DNA of 64,000 nt from Sedimentisphaerales bacterium (lineage in GTDB: Bacteria; Planctomycetota; Phycisphaerae; Sedimentisphaerales; Anaerobacaceae). The stretch's first letter is position 1. The number at the start of each line of letters is the position of its first letter. The notes beneath the pieces are model-generated. The model was not told the DNA's origin, did no database searches, and saw only the letters and a program-made list of their open reading frames with translations. Shown here piece by piece: positions 18,675 to 27,688 of this stretch. The stretch lies in NCBI GenBank assembly GCA_040772485.1, contig JAXGYC010000007.1, forward strand, positions 288,001 to 352,000, given 5' to 3'. A program made the position numbers and the translations under genes.

Positions 18675-20792
18675 ATGATCGTAATCGCTACACGCCCTGG
18701 CACATTGAGATGGCTGATCTTCACATCGCTTCTGTCCACAGCATCGTTGGTTTCGATTCCGGCCCTCGGAAACTCTGCCGCACAGCAAGCCCCCGTGAGG
18801 CTTTCCATCGGGGCGGTATCCGACAGCCAGATGATTCAGCCGAATGATGCCCGCGTGGATCCGGTCGGCCCAAACAGACTGCACATCCGGACGGGTCACG
18901 AGGCTCCATGGCCCGGCGTCACACTCAAAGCTCCGTCTGGAAGGTGGGACCTGTCCGGCTACGAAACGATCGCCTTCGAAGTGGCCAATCGAGGAGACAA
19001 GTCCGTCACGGTGAACTGCCGCGTGGACAATCCGGGAGCCGACGGCGCCAACCACTGTGTCACCGGCAGCGTTACCGTCAGCCCCCAGACATCTGCGACC
19101 TTGACCGTCCGCATCTTTCCGGTGCCGTGGAAGCTCAGCGCGCCGCTGGAGTTGGTCGGCATGAGAGCGGCCCCCACCTACGAGGGAAAGATCGATCCCG
19201 CCAACGTCACTCAATTGGTTGTCTTTGTGAATCATCCCCAGGAGGATCACAACTTCGAGATCGGCCCGATTCACGCCGGCGGGCACATCGAGGTGCTCGA
19301 CGCCGCGACGTTTCTGCCATTCATCGATGAGTTCGGCCAGTACATCCACAGGGACTGGCCCGGCAAGACCCATGCGACGCAAGAGCTGATCGCCCGCAGG
19401 GACGCAGAAGAGCAGGAACTCCAGACGCATCCGGGGCCGCAAGAGCGAAATCAATATGGCGGCTGGCTGGGCGGACCTCAACTCGAGGCAACCGGCTTCT
19501 TCCGGGTCCAGAAACACCAGGGCAAGTGGTGGCTCGTCGATCCGGAAGGCCGGCTGTTCTGGTCGCACGGCATCGACTGCGTGGGCAGCGGAAACGCCAC
19601 GCCGATCAGCGACCGGGAGGCCTATTTCCGAAACCTCCCCGCCGCTGACTCGCCCTTTGCCCGATGCTACGGATCGGGCGGTTGGGCCCCTCACGGCTAC
19701 TACAAGGACCACTCGCCCTATCGAACCTATGATTTCAGCCGGGCCAACCTCCTGCGAAAGTACGGGCCGGACTTCGAGCGGCTCTTCGCCGAGCGGACGC
19801 ACCGACGCCTCAAGAGCTGGGGGATCAACACGATCGCAAACTGGTCGGACGAGGGCATCTACCTGATGCGGAAAGCCCCCTACACCGCGACGATCGGCTT
19901 CGAGTCCAGACGTCTGGAAGGCTCCGAAGGCTACTGGGGCAAGTTCTACGACGTCTTCGATCCGGACTTCCGCGAGCAGCTCCGCCGCCGGCTGGCCCGT
20001 GAGAAGGGCCGGACCGCCGGCGACCCATGGTGCATCGGCTACTTCGTTCACAACGAACTGTCATGGGGAGATGACACGTCGCTGGCCGTCGCGGCGCTCG
20101 CATCGCCCGCCGATCAGCCGGCCAAGAAGGTCTTTGTCGAGGATCTCAGGGCCCGATACGAGACGACAGCCAGACTCAACGAAGCATGGGGAACCGATCA
20201 CGCTTCGTGGGACAGCCTGCTCCGCAGCCAGGCTGCGCCGGACAGACAGAAGGCGATGGCGGACCTCCGGGCATTCTACGAGAAGACGGCGCGGACCTAC
20301 TTCGAAACGATCCGGGACGAGTTACGCCGAGTGGCTCCGAAACAACTCTACCTGGGTTGCCGCTTCGCGTGGGTCAACGACCTCGCAGCGCGGGCAGCCG
20401 CCGAGTTCTGCGATGTCGTCAGCTATAACCGCTACGCCTACGGCGTGGAAGATTTGAGACTGCCGGACGACATTGACCTGCCTCTGATTATTGGCGAGTT
20501 CCACTTCGGCGCCCTGGATCGCGGCATGTTCCACACCGGTCTGCGCTCGACGGCCAGCCAACAGGATCGGGCTGAGAAGTATGGCCGCTACGTGCGCGGC
20601 GCCCTGCGAAACCCTTACATCGTCGGCACGCACTGGTTCCAGTACAAAGATCAGGCCACCACCGGACGAGGAGACGGGGAGAACTACCAGATCGGTTTCA
20701 TCGATGTCTGCGATACTCCCTACCCGGAGATCGTTTCAGAGGCCCGCGAAGTCGCTGCTTCCATGTACGCGTATCGCCGGAACGCCGACTGA
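18675..20792 (+). CDS. GH50-like (beta-agarase family) glycoside hydrolase
   Basis: IDEFGQY...WPGK, GFFRV...WWLVDPEG, RLKSWGINTIANWS, GYFVHNE, LYLGCRF, IIGEFHFGA.DRG and GENYQIG. Confidence 0.85.
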   Translation: MIVIATRPGTLRWLIFTSLLSTASLVSIPALGNSAAQQAPVRLSIGAVSDSQMIQPNDARVDPVGPNRLHIRTGHEAPWPGVTLKAPSGRWDLSGYETIAFEVANRGDKSVTVNCRVDNPGADGANHCVTGSVTVSPQTSATLTVRIFPVPWKLSAPLELVGMRAAPTYEGKIDPANVTQLVVFVNHPQEDHNFEIGPIHAGGHIEVLDAATFLPFIDEFGQYIHRDWPGKTHATQELIARRDAEEQELQTHPGPQERNQYGGWLGGPQLEATGFFRVQKHQGKWWLVDPEGRLFWSHGIDCVGSGNATPISDREAYFRNLPAADSPFARCYGSGGWAPHGYYKDHSPYRTYDFSRANLLRKYGPDFERLFAERTHRRLKSWGINTIANWSDEGIYLMRKAPYTATIGFESRRLEGSEGYWGKFYDVFDPDFREQLRRRLAREKGRTAGDPWCIGYFVHNELSWGDDTSLAVAALASPADQPAKKVFVEDLRARYETTARLNEAWGTDHASWDSLLRSQAAPDRQKAMADLRAFYEKTARTYFETIRDELRRVAPKQLYLGCRFAWVNDLAARAAAEFCDVVSYNRYAYGVEDLRLPDDIDLPLIIGEFHFGALDRGMFHTGLRSTASQQDRAEKYGRYVRGALRNPYIVGTHWFQYKDQATTGRGDGENYQIGFIDVCDTPYPEIVSEAREVAASMYAYRRNAD

Positions 20793-20959
20793 GGCGCACA
20801 TCGGCCGCGCCTTGCGCACCCCAAGACGGATACAAGGACGCGAGGCCAGCCTGCCCTCAACTCAACCGCTGCCAAGCCAGCCCCGCGATGTCGCCGGTGG
20901 TTTCCACACCTGTACAGACATGTTCATTAGACAGCATCACAGGCCGTCTCGCAAGCAAA

Positions 20960-20988
20960 TTGACGATGGGAATGCGGGCCACTATAAT
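20960..20988 (+). promoter_or_regulatory. Sigma70 promoter of sppA
   Basis: TTGACG-17 bp-TATAAT, then AAGGAG RBS before ATG 21016. Confidence 0.7.
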
Positions 20989-21015
20989 GCCGGCGGTCTT
21001 TTCAAGGAGTTGAAG

Positions 21016-22086
21016 ATGGGATTCAATCAAGATAACAATTATCTGGAGTCCACGTTTCTCCCTGGCCAGGGACCGGCAAAGCCGCCGTCTGCTCCGCCGC
21101 CGGCGTACGCGCCCTACCCCAGAGACCGCAAGCGATCGAGCGTGTCGCGAATCTTCTGGGGAATTCTGTTCGGTCTGTCGTTTCTGGCAAACGTCGGCAT
21201 GTTTCTGCTGCTGATCGGTCTGGCCGCCGTCATCGCCACGCGACAGGCGCGGTTCTATGAGGAGTCCATCATTCACGAAGGCCCCCGCGGCACCAAGATC
21301 GTGCTGATCCACCTCGAAGGCGTGATCGACGACGATCAGGCCGATCACGTCTACCGCCAGCTTCAGACCGCCCGCAAAGACCATAGCGTGCGAGCAATCA
21401 TTGCGGCGGTCAACTCACCGGGCGGAACGATCTCCGGCAGCGACCGCATCTATCAGGAAATCCTCCGCTACCGCCAGGAAACCGGCCAGCCGGTGGTCGC
21501 GTTCATGCAGGGCATGGCCGCCTCCGGCGGCTACTACGCCTCGGTGGCCTGCGACCGAATCGTCGCCGAGCCCACAACCATCACCGGCTCCATCGGCGTG
21601 GTCATGAGCTACTTCGTATTCCAGGAACTGCTGGAGAACAAGCTGGGGATACAGCCGGTGTTCCTCTCCGAAGGGGACAAGAAGGATTGGCCCAGTTCGT
21701 TCCGGGCGCCGAAACAGGAGGAACTCGATTACATTCAGGAACGTCTGCTCACCCCGGCGTACGAGCGGTTTGTCGAGGTGGTCCAGGCGGGACGTTCCTC
21801 GGCCCTGTCGTCGGAACAAGTGCGAAAGCTTGCCGACGGCGGCATCTTCGTCGCGTCCAAGGCCCTGGAGGAGAAGCTCATCGACAAGGTCGGCTATCTG
21901 GACGACGTGGTCGCGGTGGCCCTGTCCCTGGCCGGCATCCAGGACGCCCAGGTGGTCGAGTACCGCAAGCCGTTCTCGTTTATGGACATGCTGAGCGTCC
22001 AGAGTCGCAGCGTCCTCAAGCTCGACCGCGCGACGCTGTACGAGTTCAGCACGCCTCAAGTCCTGTACATGTGGAAAGCCTATTAG
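21016..22086 (+). CDS. sppA: Signal peptide peptidase SppA (S49)
   Basis: NSPGG, AASGGYY and TGSIGV. Confidence 0.92.
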   Translation: MGFNQDNNYLESTFLPGQGPAKPPSAPPPAYAPYPRDRKRSSVSRIFWGILFGLSFLANVGMFLLLIGLAAVIATRQARFYEESIIHEGPRGTKIVLIHLEGVIDDDQADHVYRQLQTARKDHSVRAIIAAVNSPGGTISGSDRIYQEILRYRQETGQPVVAFMQGMAASGGYYASVACDRIVAEPTTITGSIGVVMSYFVFQELLENKLGIQPVFLSEGDKKDWPSSFRAPKQEELDYIQERLLTPAYERFVEVVQAGRSSALSSEQVRKLADGGIFVASKALEEKLIDKVGYLDDVVAVALSLAGIQDAQVVEYRKPFSFMDMLSVQSRSVLKLDRATLYEFSTPQVLYMWKAY

Positions 22087-22132
22087 GCCTCGAACGAACA
22101 ACGTGCATCCGGCACACAGTGGAGATATCAGC

Positions 22133-23701
22133 ATGAGACACAGATGGCGAGGCTCCTTTGAGAGAAGACGGCGAGCATGGGTGTGCGCTGGATTGGCGTT
22201 TGCGGCCGTCAGCCTGGCGGGGTGCGCGTCCAGCCGGACAGGAGCATTGATTGCCGTGACACCGGATGGTCGAGGCTTCGCCGACGTGAAATCCAACCGC
22301 CCTTTCGTGCCGTTCGGCACCAACTACTACGACCCCAACACCGGATGGCCGCCTCAGATGTGGAGGCAGTTCAATCCAAAGGTGATCTCCTCGCAGTTTG
22401 AACTCATGAGTGAACTGGGGGTCAATTGCGCGCGGGTCTTCCTGACGGCCGCCACCTTCCAGCCCGATGCCGACACGGTCGACGAGCAGGCACTGAAGAA
22501 GCTGGACACACTGGTTCGGATCGCCCGCCGCACCGGCATCCGACTCATCCTCACCGGACCGGATCACTGGGAGGGGGAACCACCCTACTGGAAACCGGAC
22601 CGGTTCGCAGGCCCTGAAGCCCTCAGGGCGCTCGACCGTTTCTGGACCGTGGTGGGACGGCGTTATCGAGGCGAGCCCGCCATCCTTGCGTGGGATCTCC
22701 TGAACGAGCCGCAGATGCCGTGGCACATCGACTCGTGGGGGCCGGGATGGAACGCCTGGCTGCAGTCCAAGTACACAGACTTGGAAGGTCTGAAGGCTGC
22801 ATGGGCAGAGGAGTTGAAGGCCGATGAAACGCTCGGGAGCATTCAGCCCGCCAGGGACTCCGCACAGAGAGGCAATCCCCGACTGCATGACTGGCAGTTG
22901 TTCCGGGAGCATCTGGCAGACGAGTGGGTGCAGCGTCAGGTTCGTGTGCTGCGCGAGGTGGACCCCACTCACATGATTACGGTGGGCTACATTCAGTGGT
23001 CCTTCCCCGTGATCCGTCCGGGTGACCCGCACATCTACTCCGCGTTCAATCCTCGTCGGCAGGCCGAATGGCTCGATTTCGTCTCCATCCACTTCTACCC
23101 GCTGATGGGTCGCCCGTTCGGTTCGAAGAGCAACTGGGACCGAAATCTGGCCTACTTGCAGAACGTGCTGGCCTATTGTCACGTCGGCAAGCCCGTTGTG
23201 CTCGGAGAGTACGGTTGGTATGGCGGCGGAGCCCCAAAGGGCCGTCCCCATCTGACGGAAGACGAGCAAGCCCGCTGGATCACCGCCGAGGTGGAAGCGT
23301 CCAGGCGGCTGGCCCAGGGCTGGCTCTCCTGGCCCTTCGCCGACACCCCTGAAGCGACGGATATGAGCGTCTACGGCGGCATGGTCACGTACAATCACGG
23401 CAAGAAACGGTGGGGGCTCCGCTTCCGTTCCTACGCGGCCGCGCTGTTCATGCTCCCCCAGCCGACTCCGGAACTGCCGTCGTTCGACACCTCGGCCTCC
23501 CTGACGGCGCCTCTGGACGACCTGACCGCGATGCACGAGGAATACACGAAGCTGGTTCAGGCCGCCCTGGCCCAGGTCGGTCCCGTCCCGGAGATCGAAT
23601 TGCAGACCCTGCCTTTGGACGATGACGACCTCAAGGCGCTGCAGCAGCGTCAAGAGCAAAGACGCAGGGAGTATCTGCGGCAGATGAAACATCGCGAATG
23701 A
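22133..23701 (+). CDS. Lipoprotein GH5-like glycoside hydrolase
   Basis: Lipobox LAGC; GTNYY, LGVNCARVF, WDLLNEP, HFYP and KPVVLGEYG. Confidence 0.8.
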   Translation: MRHRWRGSFERRRRAWVCAGLAFAAVSLAGCASSRTGALIAVTPDGRGFADVKSNRPFVPFGTNYYDPNTGWPPQMWRQFNPKVISSQFELMSELGVNCARVFLTAATFQPDADTVDEQALKKLDTLVRIARRTGIRLILTGPDHWEGEPPYWKPDRFAGPEALRALDRFWTVVGRRYRGEPAILAWDLLNEPQMPWHIDSWGPGWNAWLQSKYTDLEGLKAAWAEELKADETLGSIQPARDSAQRGNPRLHDWQLFREHLADEWVQRQVRVLREVDPTHMITVGYIQWSFPVIRPGDPHIYSAFNPRRQAEWLDFVSIHFYPLMGRPFGSKSNWDRNLAYLQNVLAYCHVGKPVVLGEYGWYGGGAPKGRPHLTEDEQARWITAEVEASRRLAQGWLSWPFADTPEATDMSVYGGMVTYNHGKKRWGLRFRSYAAALFMLPQPTPELPSFDTSASLTAPLDDLTAMHEEYTKLVQAALAQVGPVPEIELQTLPLDDDDLKALQQRQEQRRREYLRQMKHRE

Positions 23702-23740
23702 AGGGCGGATCCGCAACGGGCAAGCCGTGCGCGCCGCCGA

Positions 23741-25138
23741 TCACTCGGCCAGGATGCCGAACAGCGTCAGTGGAGAAGTCTCAGTGATGCGGACGTCCAC
23801 AAACCGCCCCGCCAGCGACGGACTGCCGTTGAAGACGACGATGTAGTCCGTGGCCGTCCTGCCCACCAGTTGCGGATGGCTATGGGCATCTGTCGGATTC
23901 ACGTGCGCTTTCTTGCTGGGACCTTCGACAAGCACCCTCACGATCCGTCCCAGGAAACCACGGCTCAACCGCTCGCTGACCGCCTCCTGAACGGCGAGCA
24001 AGTCGACGTTGCGCCGCTGCTTGACCTCGTCGGGGACACAGTCCCGATGCCGCTTGTCGGCCGTCGTACCGGGCCGAGGCGAGTACTTGAAGACAAAGCA
24101 GTTTCGGTACCGTGCCTGTTGCACGAGGTCCACGGTGGCCTGGAAATCCTCGTCGGTCTCGCCGGGAAAACCAACAATGAAGTCGCCTGCAATCGCGATA
24201 TCCGGCACGATCCGTCTGGCGCGAGCGAGCAGCTCCAGGTACTGCTCGGCCGTGTAATGGCGATTCATCGCCCGCAGGACGCGATCCGATCCGCTCTGCG
24301 CCGGCATGTGCAGGTAGTGGCACACCTTGGGCGAGGAGGCCATGGCGTGAAGAATGTCGTCGTAGAACTCCTCCGACGGGTAGCTCGTCACGAAGCGAAT
24401 CCACTCGATCCCCTCAACCTCGGCAACCATGCCAAGCAGATCCGCCAGCGAACAGGTCTTCTGCCCGTTGCGATATCGGTAGGAGTTCACCGTCTGGCCC
24501 AGAAGCGTCACCTGGCGGATTCCCTCGTCCGTCAGCCGCCGGACCTGATCGAGAATCCGCGCCGGCGGGCGGCACTGCTCCGGACCGCGCACATACGGAA
24601 CGATGCAGTACGTGCAGAAATTGTCGCATCCTCGCATGACACGCACGAACGCCTGGCCCGGCAAGGCCCTGCCTTCTTCGCCTTCGTGGCCGTAGGCCGA
24701 TTCGAACTGCTCCAGCGCATCGGACGACGAATCCTCGGGATCGCGAATCGCGTCCGCAACCGCCATGCGTTTGGCATTCGATGCGAAAACCTCCTCGATC
24801 AGGTGCACGAGTTGCGGGATCTGGCCGGGACCGCAGACGACGTTTACCACATCGTGCGCGAGCAGCGATTCGCCCAGGCGCTGCGCCATGCAGCCGATCA
24901 CGGCGACGATCATGTCCGGCCGATGCTTCCTGGCATGCTTGAGATGCCCCAGATGCGACATCACGCGAGCTTCGGCGTGCTCGCGAACGGAGCAGGTGTT
25001 GATCACCACCACGTCGGCTTCCTTGACGCTCTCGGTGAACACAAAACCCGCCTCCCGCAGCGCCGAGGCGACCAGCGAGGTGTCCAGCTTGTTCATCTGA
25101 CACCCGAAGCTCTTTATGTGTACGAATCGTGTTTCCAT
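23741..25138 (-). CDS. miaB: tRNA-2-methylthio-N6-dimethylallyladenosine synthase; first codons supplied by the integrated element
   Basis: SFGCQMN, NTCSVREHAE, GCMAQR, radical SAM GCDNFCTYCIVPYVRG, DFIVGFPGET, YSPRPGT and C-terminal TRAM domain. Confidence 0.96.
   Translation of the reverse strand: METRFVHIKSFGCQMNKLDTSLVASALREAGFVFTESVKEADVVVINTCSVREHAEARVMSHLGHLKHARKHRPDMIVAVIGCMAQRLGESLLAHDVVNVVCGPGQIPQLVHLIEEVFASNAKRMAVADAIRDPEDSSSDALEQFESAYGHEGEEGRALPGQAFVRVMRGCDNFCTYCIVPYVRGPEQCRPPARILDQVRRLTDEGIRQVTLLGQTVNSYRYRNGQKTCSLADLLGMVAEVEGIEWIRFVTSYPSEEFYDDILHAMASSPKVCHYLHMPAQSGSDRVLRAMNRHYTAEQYLELLARARRIVPDIAIAGDFIVGFPGETDEDFQATVDLVQQARYRNCFVFKYSPRPGTTADKRHRDCVPDEVKQRRNVDLLAVQEAVSERLSRGFLGRIVRVLVEGPSKKAHVNPTDAHSHPQLVGRTATDYIVVFNGSPSLAGRFVDVRITETSPLTLFGILAE
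25089..25124 (+). repeat. Left att repeat (within the functional miaB)
   Basis: TTGTTCATCTGACACCCGAAGCTCTTtATGTGTACG; the first 26 bp are identical to 34689-34714, with one mismatch over 36 bp. Confidence 0.95.
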
Positions 25139-25146
25139 TTGCAGGC

Positions 25147-25175
25147 ACTATACCGCAAACACGCTCATTTCGCAA
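25147..25175 (-). promoter_or_regulatory. Element-supplied sigma70 promoter for miaB
   Basis: Minus strand TTGCGA-17 bp-TATAGT, 8 nt before the miaB ATG. Confidence 0.7.
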
Positions 25176-25280
25176 CGTTTGGCAGCCATGTCAGTGCCGT
25201 TCTGGCAGATTGACCACTCCCTTCGCAATACCGGATCGAGACGGTCCAGAACTTATGCGGGGCTTTTATTTTGTCGTTCC

Positions 25281-25295
25281 TGGCACGCACCTTGC
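25281..25295 (+). promoter_or_regulatory. Sigma54 -24/-12 consensus upstream of the integrase
   Basis: TGGCACgcaccTTGC (GG-N10-GC). Confidence 0.5.
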
Positions 25296-25353
25296 GTTTA
25301 CAAGGAGCGTGCGCGATTGGCGAATCGCAGAGCAAGAGAAAGAGGTTGATGAA

Positions 25354-26166
25354 ATGAACCTGGAGATCGACAAGTGGATCGCCCATTGCCGCAGGTGCTA
25401 CACCGATAGGACGATCGGGCTGTATCGAAGTTGCATCACGAAGTTCGATACCTATCTCTCGAATGACGGCAACCAACTGACGACCCAAGCCATCGACGCC
25501 TATATTGACGATCGTATGGCCGCCGGCTGGTCCAAACGGTACATCAACTGCAACCTGTCCGTCATCAAGTCCTACTGCAATTGGTACTTCGAGGGCTATG
25601 ACGAATATAATCCGGCGAGCCCAATTCCCATGCTGATAGAGGACGAGCCACGGCAGCGAGTTCTCTCCGACGAGGAATACCGGAAGATCGTCCCATCGTC
25701 ATCCATCAGAGAGACTGACAAAGATGTCATCATCTTTCTGGCGAATTCCGGGTTGAGGGCCTCCGAGTTCGTTTCCCTGACCTGGACATCCATCAAGCCC
25801 GATTGCAGGTATCTCTCGGTGATGGGCAAAGGCCGCAAGGTACGTGTGGTTCCCTTGAATCGGGCTTGCCGGGATATCCTCGAGAAGTACAAGCCCCAAG
25901 GCATGTCGGGCAGGGTTCCGTTCGCCCGGATGCACAGGGTCCACACAGGTAGGATATGCCGAAGGGTGGCAAAGGAAGTAGGCATCCCCGACTTCGGTCC
26001 TCACGCCTGCCGCCACTACTTCGCCACGCAACTGATGCTCCGTGGAGTATCCATCTACAAGATCAGCAAGATTCTGGGCCATGCGTCGGTCAAGGTGACG
26101 GAGAGGGTCTACGTTCACTGGTGCGACCAGGACGTTCTCGGCATCACCGACGTACTATGCGATTGA
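25354..26166 (+). CDS. Tyrosine recombinase/integrase
   Basis: Core-binding domain plus catalytic SGLRASE (R), GKGRK (K), HACRH (HxxR), LGH and TERVY (Y). AGAGG RBS before ATG 25354. Confidence 0.93.
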   Translation: MNLEIDKWIAHCRRCYTDRTIGLYRSCITKFDTYLSNDGNQLTTQAIDAYIDDRMAAGWSKRYINCNLSVIKSYCNWYFEGYDEYNPASPIPMLIEDEPRQRVLSDEEYRKIVPSSSIRETDKDVIIFLANSGLRASEFVSLTWTSIKPDCRYLSVMGKGRKVRVVPLNRACRDILEKYKPQGMSGRVPFARMHRVHTGRICRRVAKEVGIPDFGPHACRHYFATQLMLRGVSIYKISKILGHASVKVTERVYVHWCDQDVLGITDVLCD

Positions 26167-26209
26167 TGCACAATTTTTGCACTTACACTTCATTTTGCGT
26201 GCTTTTTCA

Positions 26210-26238
26210 TTGCATTGTGGACCGCTTTTGTTTATAAT
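26210..26238 (+). promoter_or_regulatory. Sigma70 promoter, probably leaderless, for the orf-orf-recombinase unit
   Basis: TTGCAT-17 bp-TATAAT, 6 nt before ATG 26245. Confidence 0.7.
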
Positions 26239-26244
26239 TAAAGC

Positions 26245-26577
26245 ATGGGCAGCAACCAGCTTAATCTGTTTCCCACCGAGGATCGCGGCGACAAGTCGTT
26301 CGAGTACAAGCGAGCGGCGAAGGTCCAGAAGCGGGAGGACTTGATCGGCAAGGTTGATTTACTCGTGATCTTGCCCCGCCGCTATGTCCAGAGCGAGTTT
26401 GCCGTCAGTCGGACAACGGGCGACGTGTGGCATTGCCAAGACCACCTGCACGACGCCCATTGCTGCCATATCAAAATGCTCAAACGTCTCCTGCGGCTCA
26501 AGGTTGAGGCAGGCTACATAAACATGACGGACAAGGCGTGGTTGAAAGAGGTTCTTATCGTCGGGGAGGTCAAATGA
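26245..26577 (+). CDS. Hypothetical protein (110 aa, His/Cys-rich patch)
   Basis: Own promoter; WHCQDHLHDAHCCH; stop overlaps the next ATG. Confidence 0.65.
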   Translation: MGSNQLNLFPTEDRGDKSFEYKRAAKVQKREDLIGKVDLLVILPRRYVQSEFAVSRTTGDVWHCQDHLHDAHCCHIKMLKRLLRLKVEAGYINMTDKAWLKEVLIVGEVK

Positions 26578-26771
26578 GTAGATCAAACGAAATCTGGGTC
26601 TGCACGAAGAACGGAAAGTTTGTGGGTTGCGTCACGTCGAAGACGAAGGCAATCGGCGAAATGCGGGAGCTGGCCCAGGCCCCCGAGGCCGAGGTTGTCG
26701 ATCAGAAGGATGGTTCAGTTGCCCTCAAAGGTGTTCTCCGGTTTCGGGCCAAGCCGGTCACGGTGAAGTGA
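26574..26771 (+). CDS. Hypothetical protein (65 aa)
   Basis: GGAGG RBS and ATGA coupling to the previous gene. Confidence 0.65.
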   Translation: MSRSNEIWVCTKNGKFVGCVTSKTKAIGEMRELAQAPEAEVVDQKDGSVALKGVLRFRAKPVTVK

Positions 26772-26779
26772 GGAGAGGT

Positions 26780-27388
26780 ATGATTCCCCAATTCCATCAG
26801 AAGCCATACGGTGCATTACCATCAGCCCTCAGTCGGCAGAACCTATCCGTTCTGTTCGAGACGCCTAACCCCAAAGACCCTTTCTGTCTGCGGGATAAGG
26901 CCATGCTCGAATTGCTCTACGGCTGCGGCCTCCGTGCCCACGAATTGGCCGGGTTGAAGGTCCCCGGTCTGCGGCTGGATCAGGGCTATCTGCGGTGCTT
27001 CGGCAAAGGCAGACGCGAACGCCTTGTGCCCATCGGCCACAAGGCAACCGCTGCCGTCCAGGAGTATCTGCGGGATCAGCGGCCCAGGCTGGTCAGTGCC
27101 CACAGCGGCGATTGCCTGTTCCTGTCCCGGTCCGGCCATCCGCTCAGCAGAGTTGAAGTCTGGCGGGTGTTCAAGAAGTATGCCAAGAGAGCCGGCTTCT
27201 CCGAGAGCATCGTCACCCACGACATGAGACGGGCCTTTGCCAGCCACCTGCTGCAAGGCGGTGCGGACCTCGATTCCGTCCGCCTCATGCTCGGTCACGC
27301 CCATCTGACAACGACGCAGCGGTACTTGTTCATCGGACTGGACCAGTTGAAGCAGACGTGTCGGAGGTTCCATCCGGCGTTTCAATAA
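26780..27388 (+). CDS. Second tyrosine recombinase, XerD-like catalytic domain only (202 aa)
   Basis: LRDKAMLELLYGCGLR, FGKGRRERLVP, HDMRR, GADL, LGHA and TTQRY; AGGAGAGG RBS. Confidence 0.88.
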   Translation: MIPQFHQKPYGALPSALSRQNLSVLFETPNPKDPFCLRDKAMLELLYGCGLRAHELAGLKVPGLRLDQGYLRCFGKGRRERLVPIGHKATAAVQEYLRDQRPRLVSAHSGDCLFLSRSGHPLSRVEVWRVFKKYAKRAGFSESIVTHDMRRAFASHLLQGGADLDSVRLMLGHAHLTTTQRYLFIGLDQLKQTCRRFHPAFQ

Positions 27389-27409
27389 TCCGCCCAGGCC
27401 GGTCAGGGG

Positions 27410-27445
27410 TGGCCGTCGGCAGCGATGTCGGCGGCCATTTTTGTT
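27410..27445 (+). terminator. Intrinsic terminator after the second recombinase
   Basis: TGGCCGTCGGCA-GCGA-TGTCGGCGGCCA hairpin (GNRA loop) followed by TTTTTGTT. Confidence 0.7.
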
Positions 27446-27688
27446 GGCATCCGATTACGTCACGCACGCTGTAGTTCGCGTTTGGCTCACTTCGTAGTTT
27501 GCTCGTACGACTCCGTATTGCTTCGTACAGCCCCGAATCCGTTTGGGGCAGGTTCCGGGTCAGCCGGACGGTTTCCGACGCCTCGTAGGTCAGATTTCGG
27601 GGGGAGGCACAGCACTTCATTCATCGCTCTTTGCTGACTATCAATTCGTGAGATCGACCGTGCTCCAAAGATCGGTCAGGAGAATACT

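Noticed and set aside
25129..25353. 75-codon N-terminal extension of the integrase
   Set aside because: It overlaps the miaB start and promoter. ATG 25354 has an RBS and gives a normal-sized enzyme, and no in-frame ATG appears just across the att junction in the circular form.
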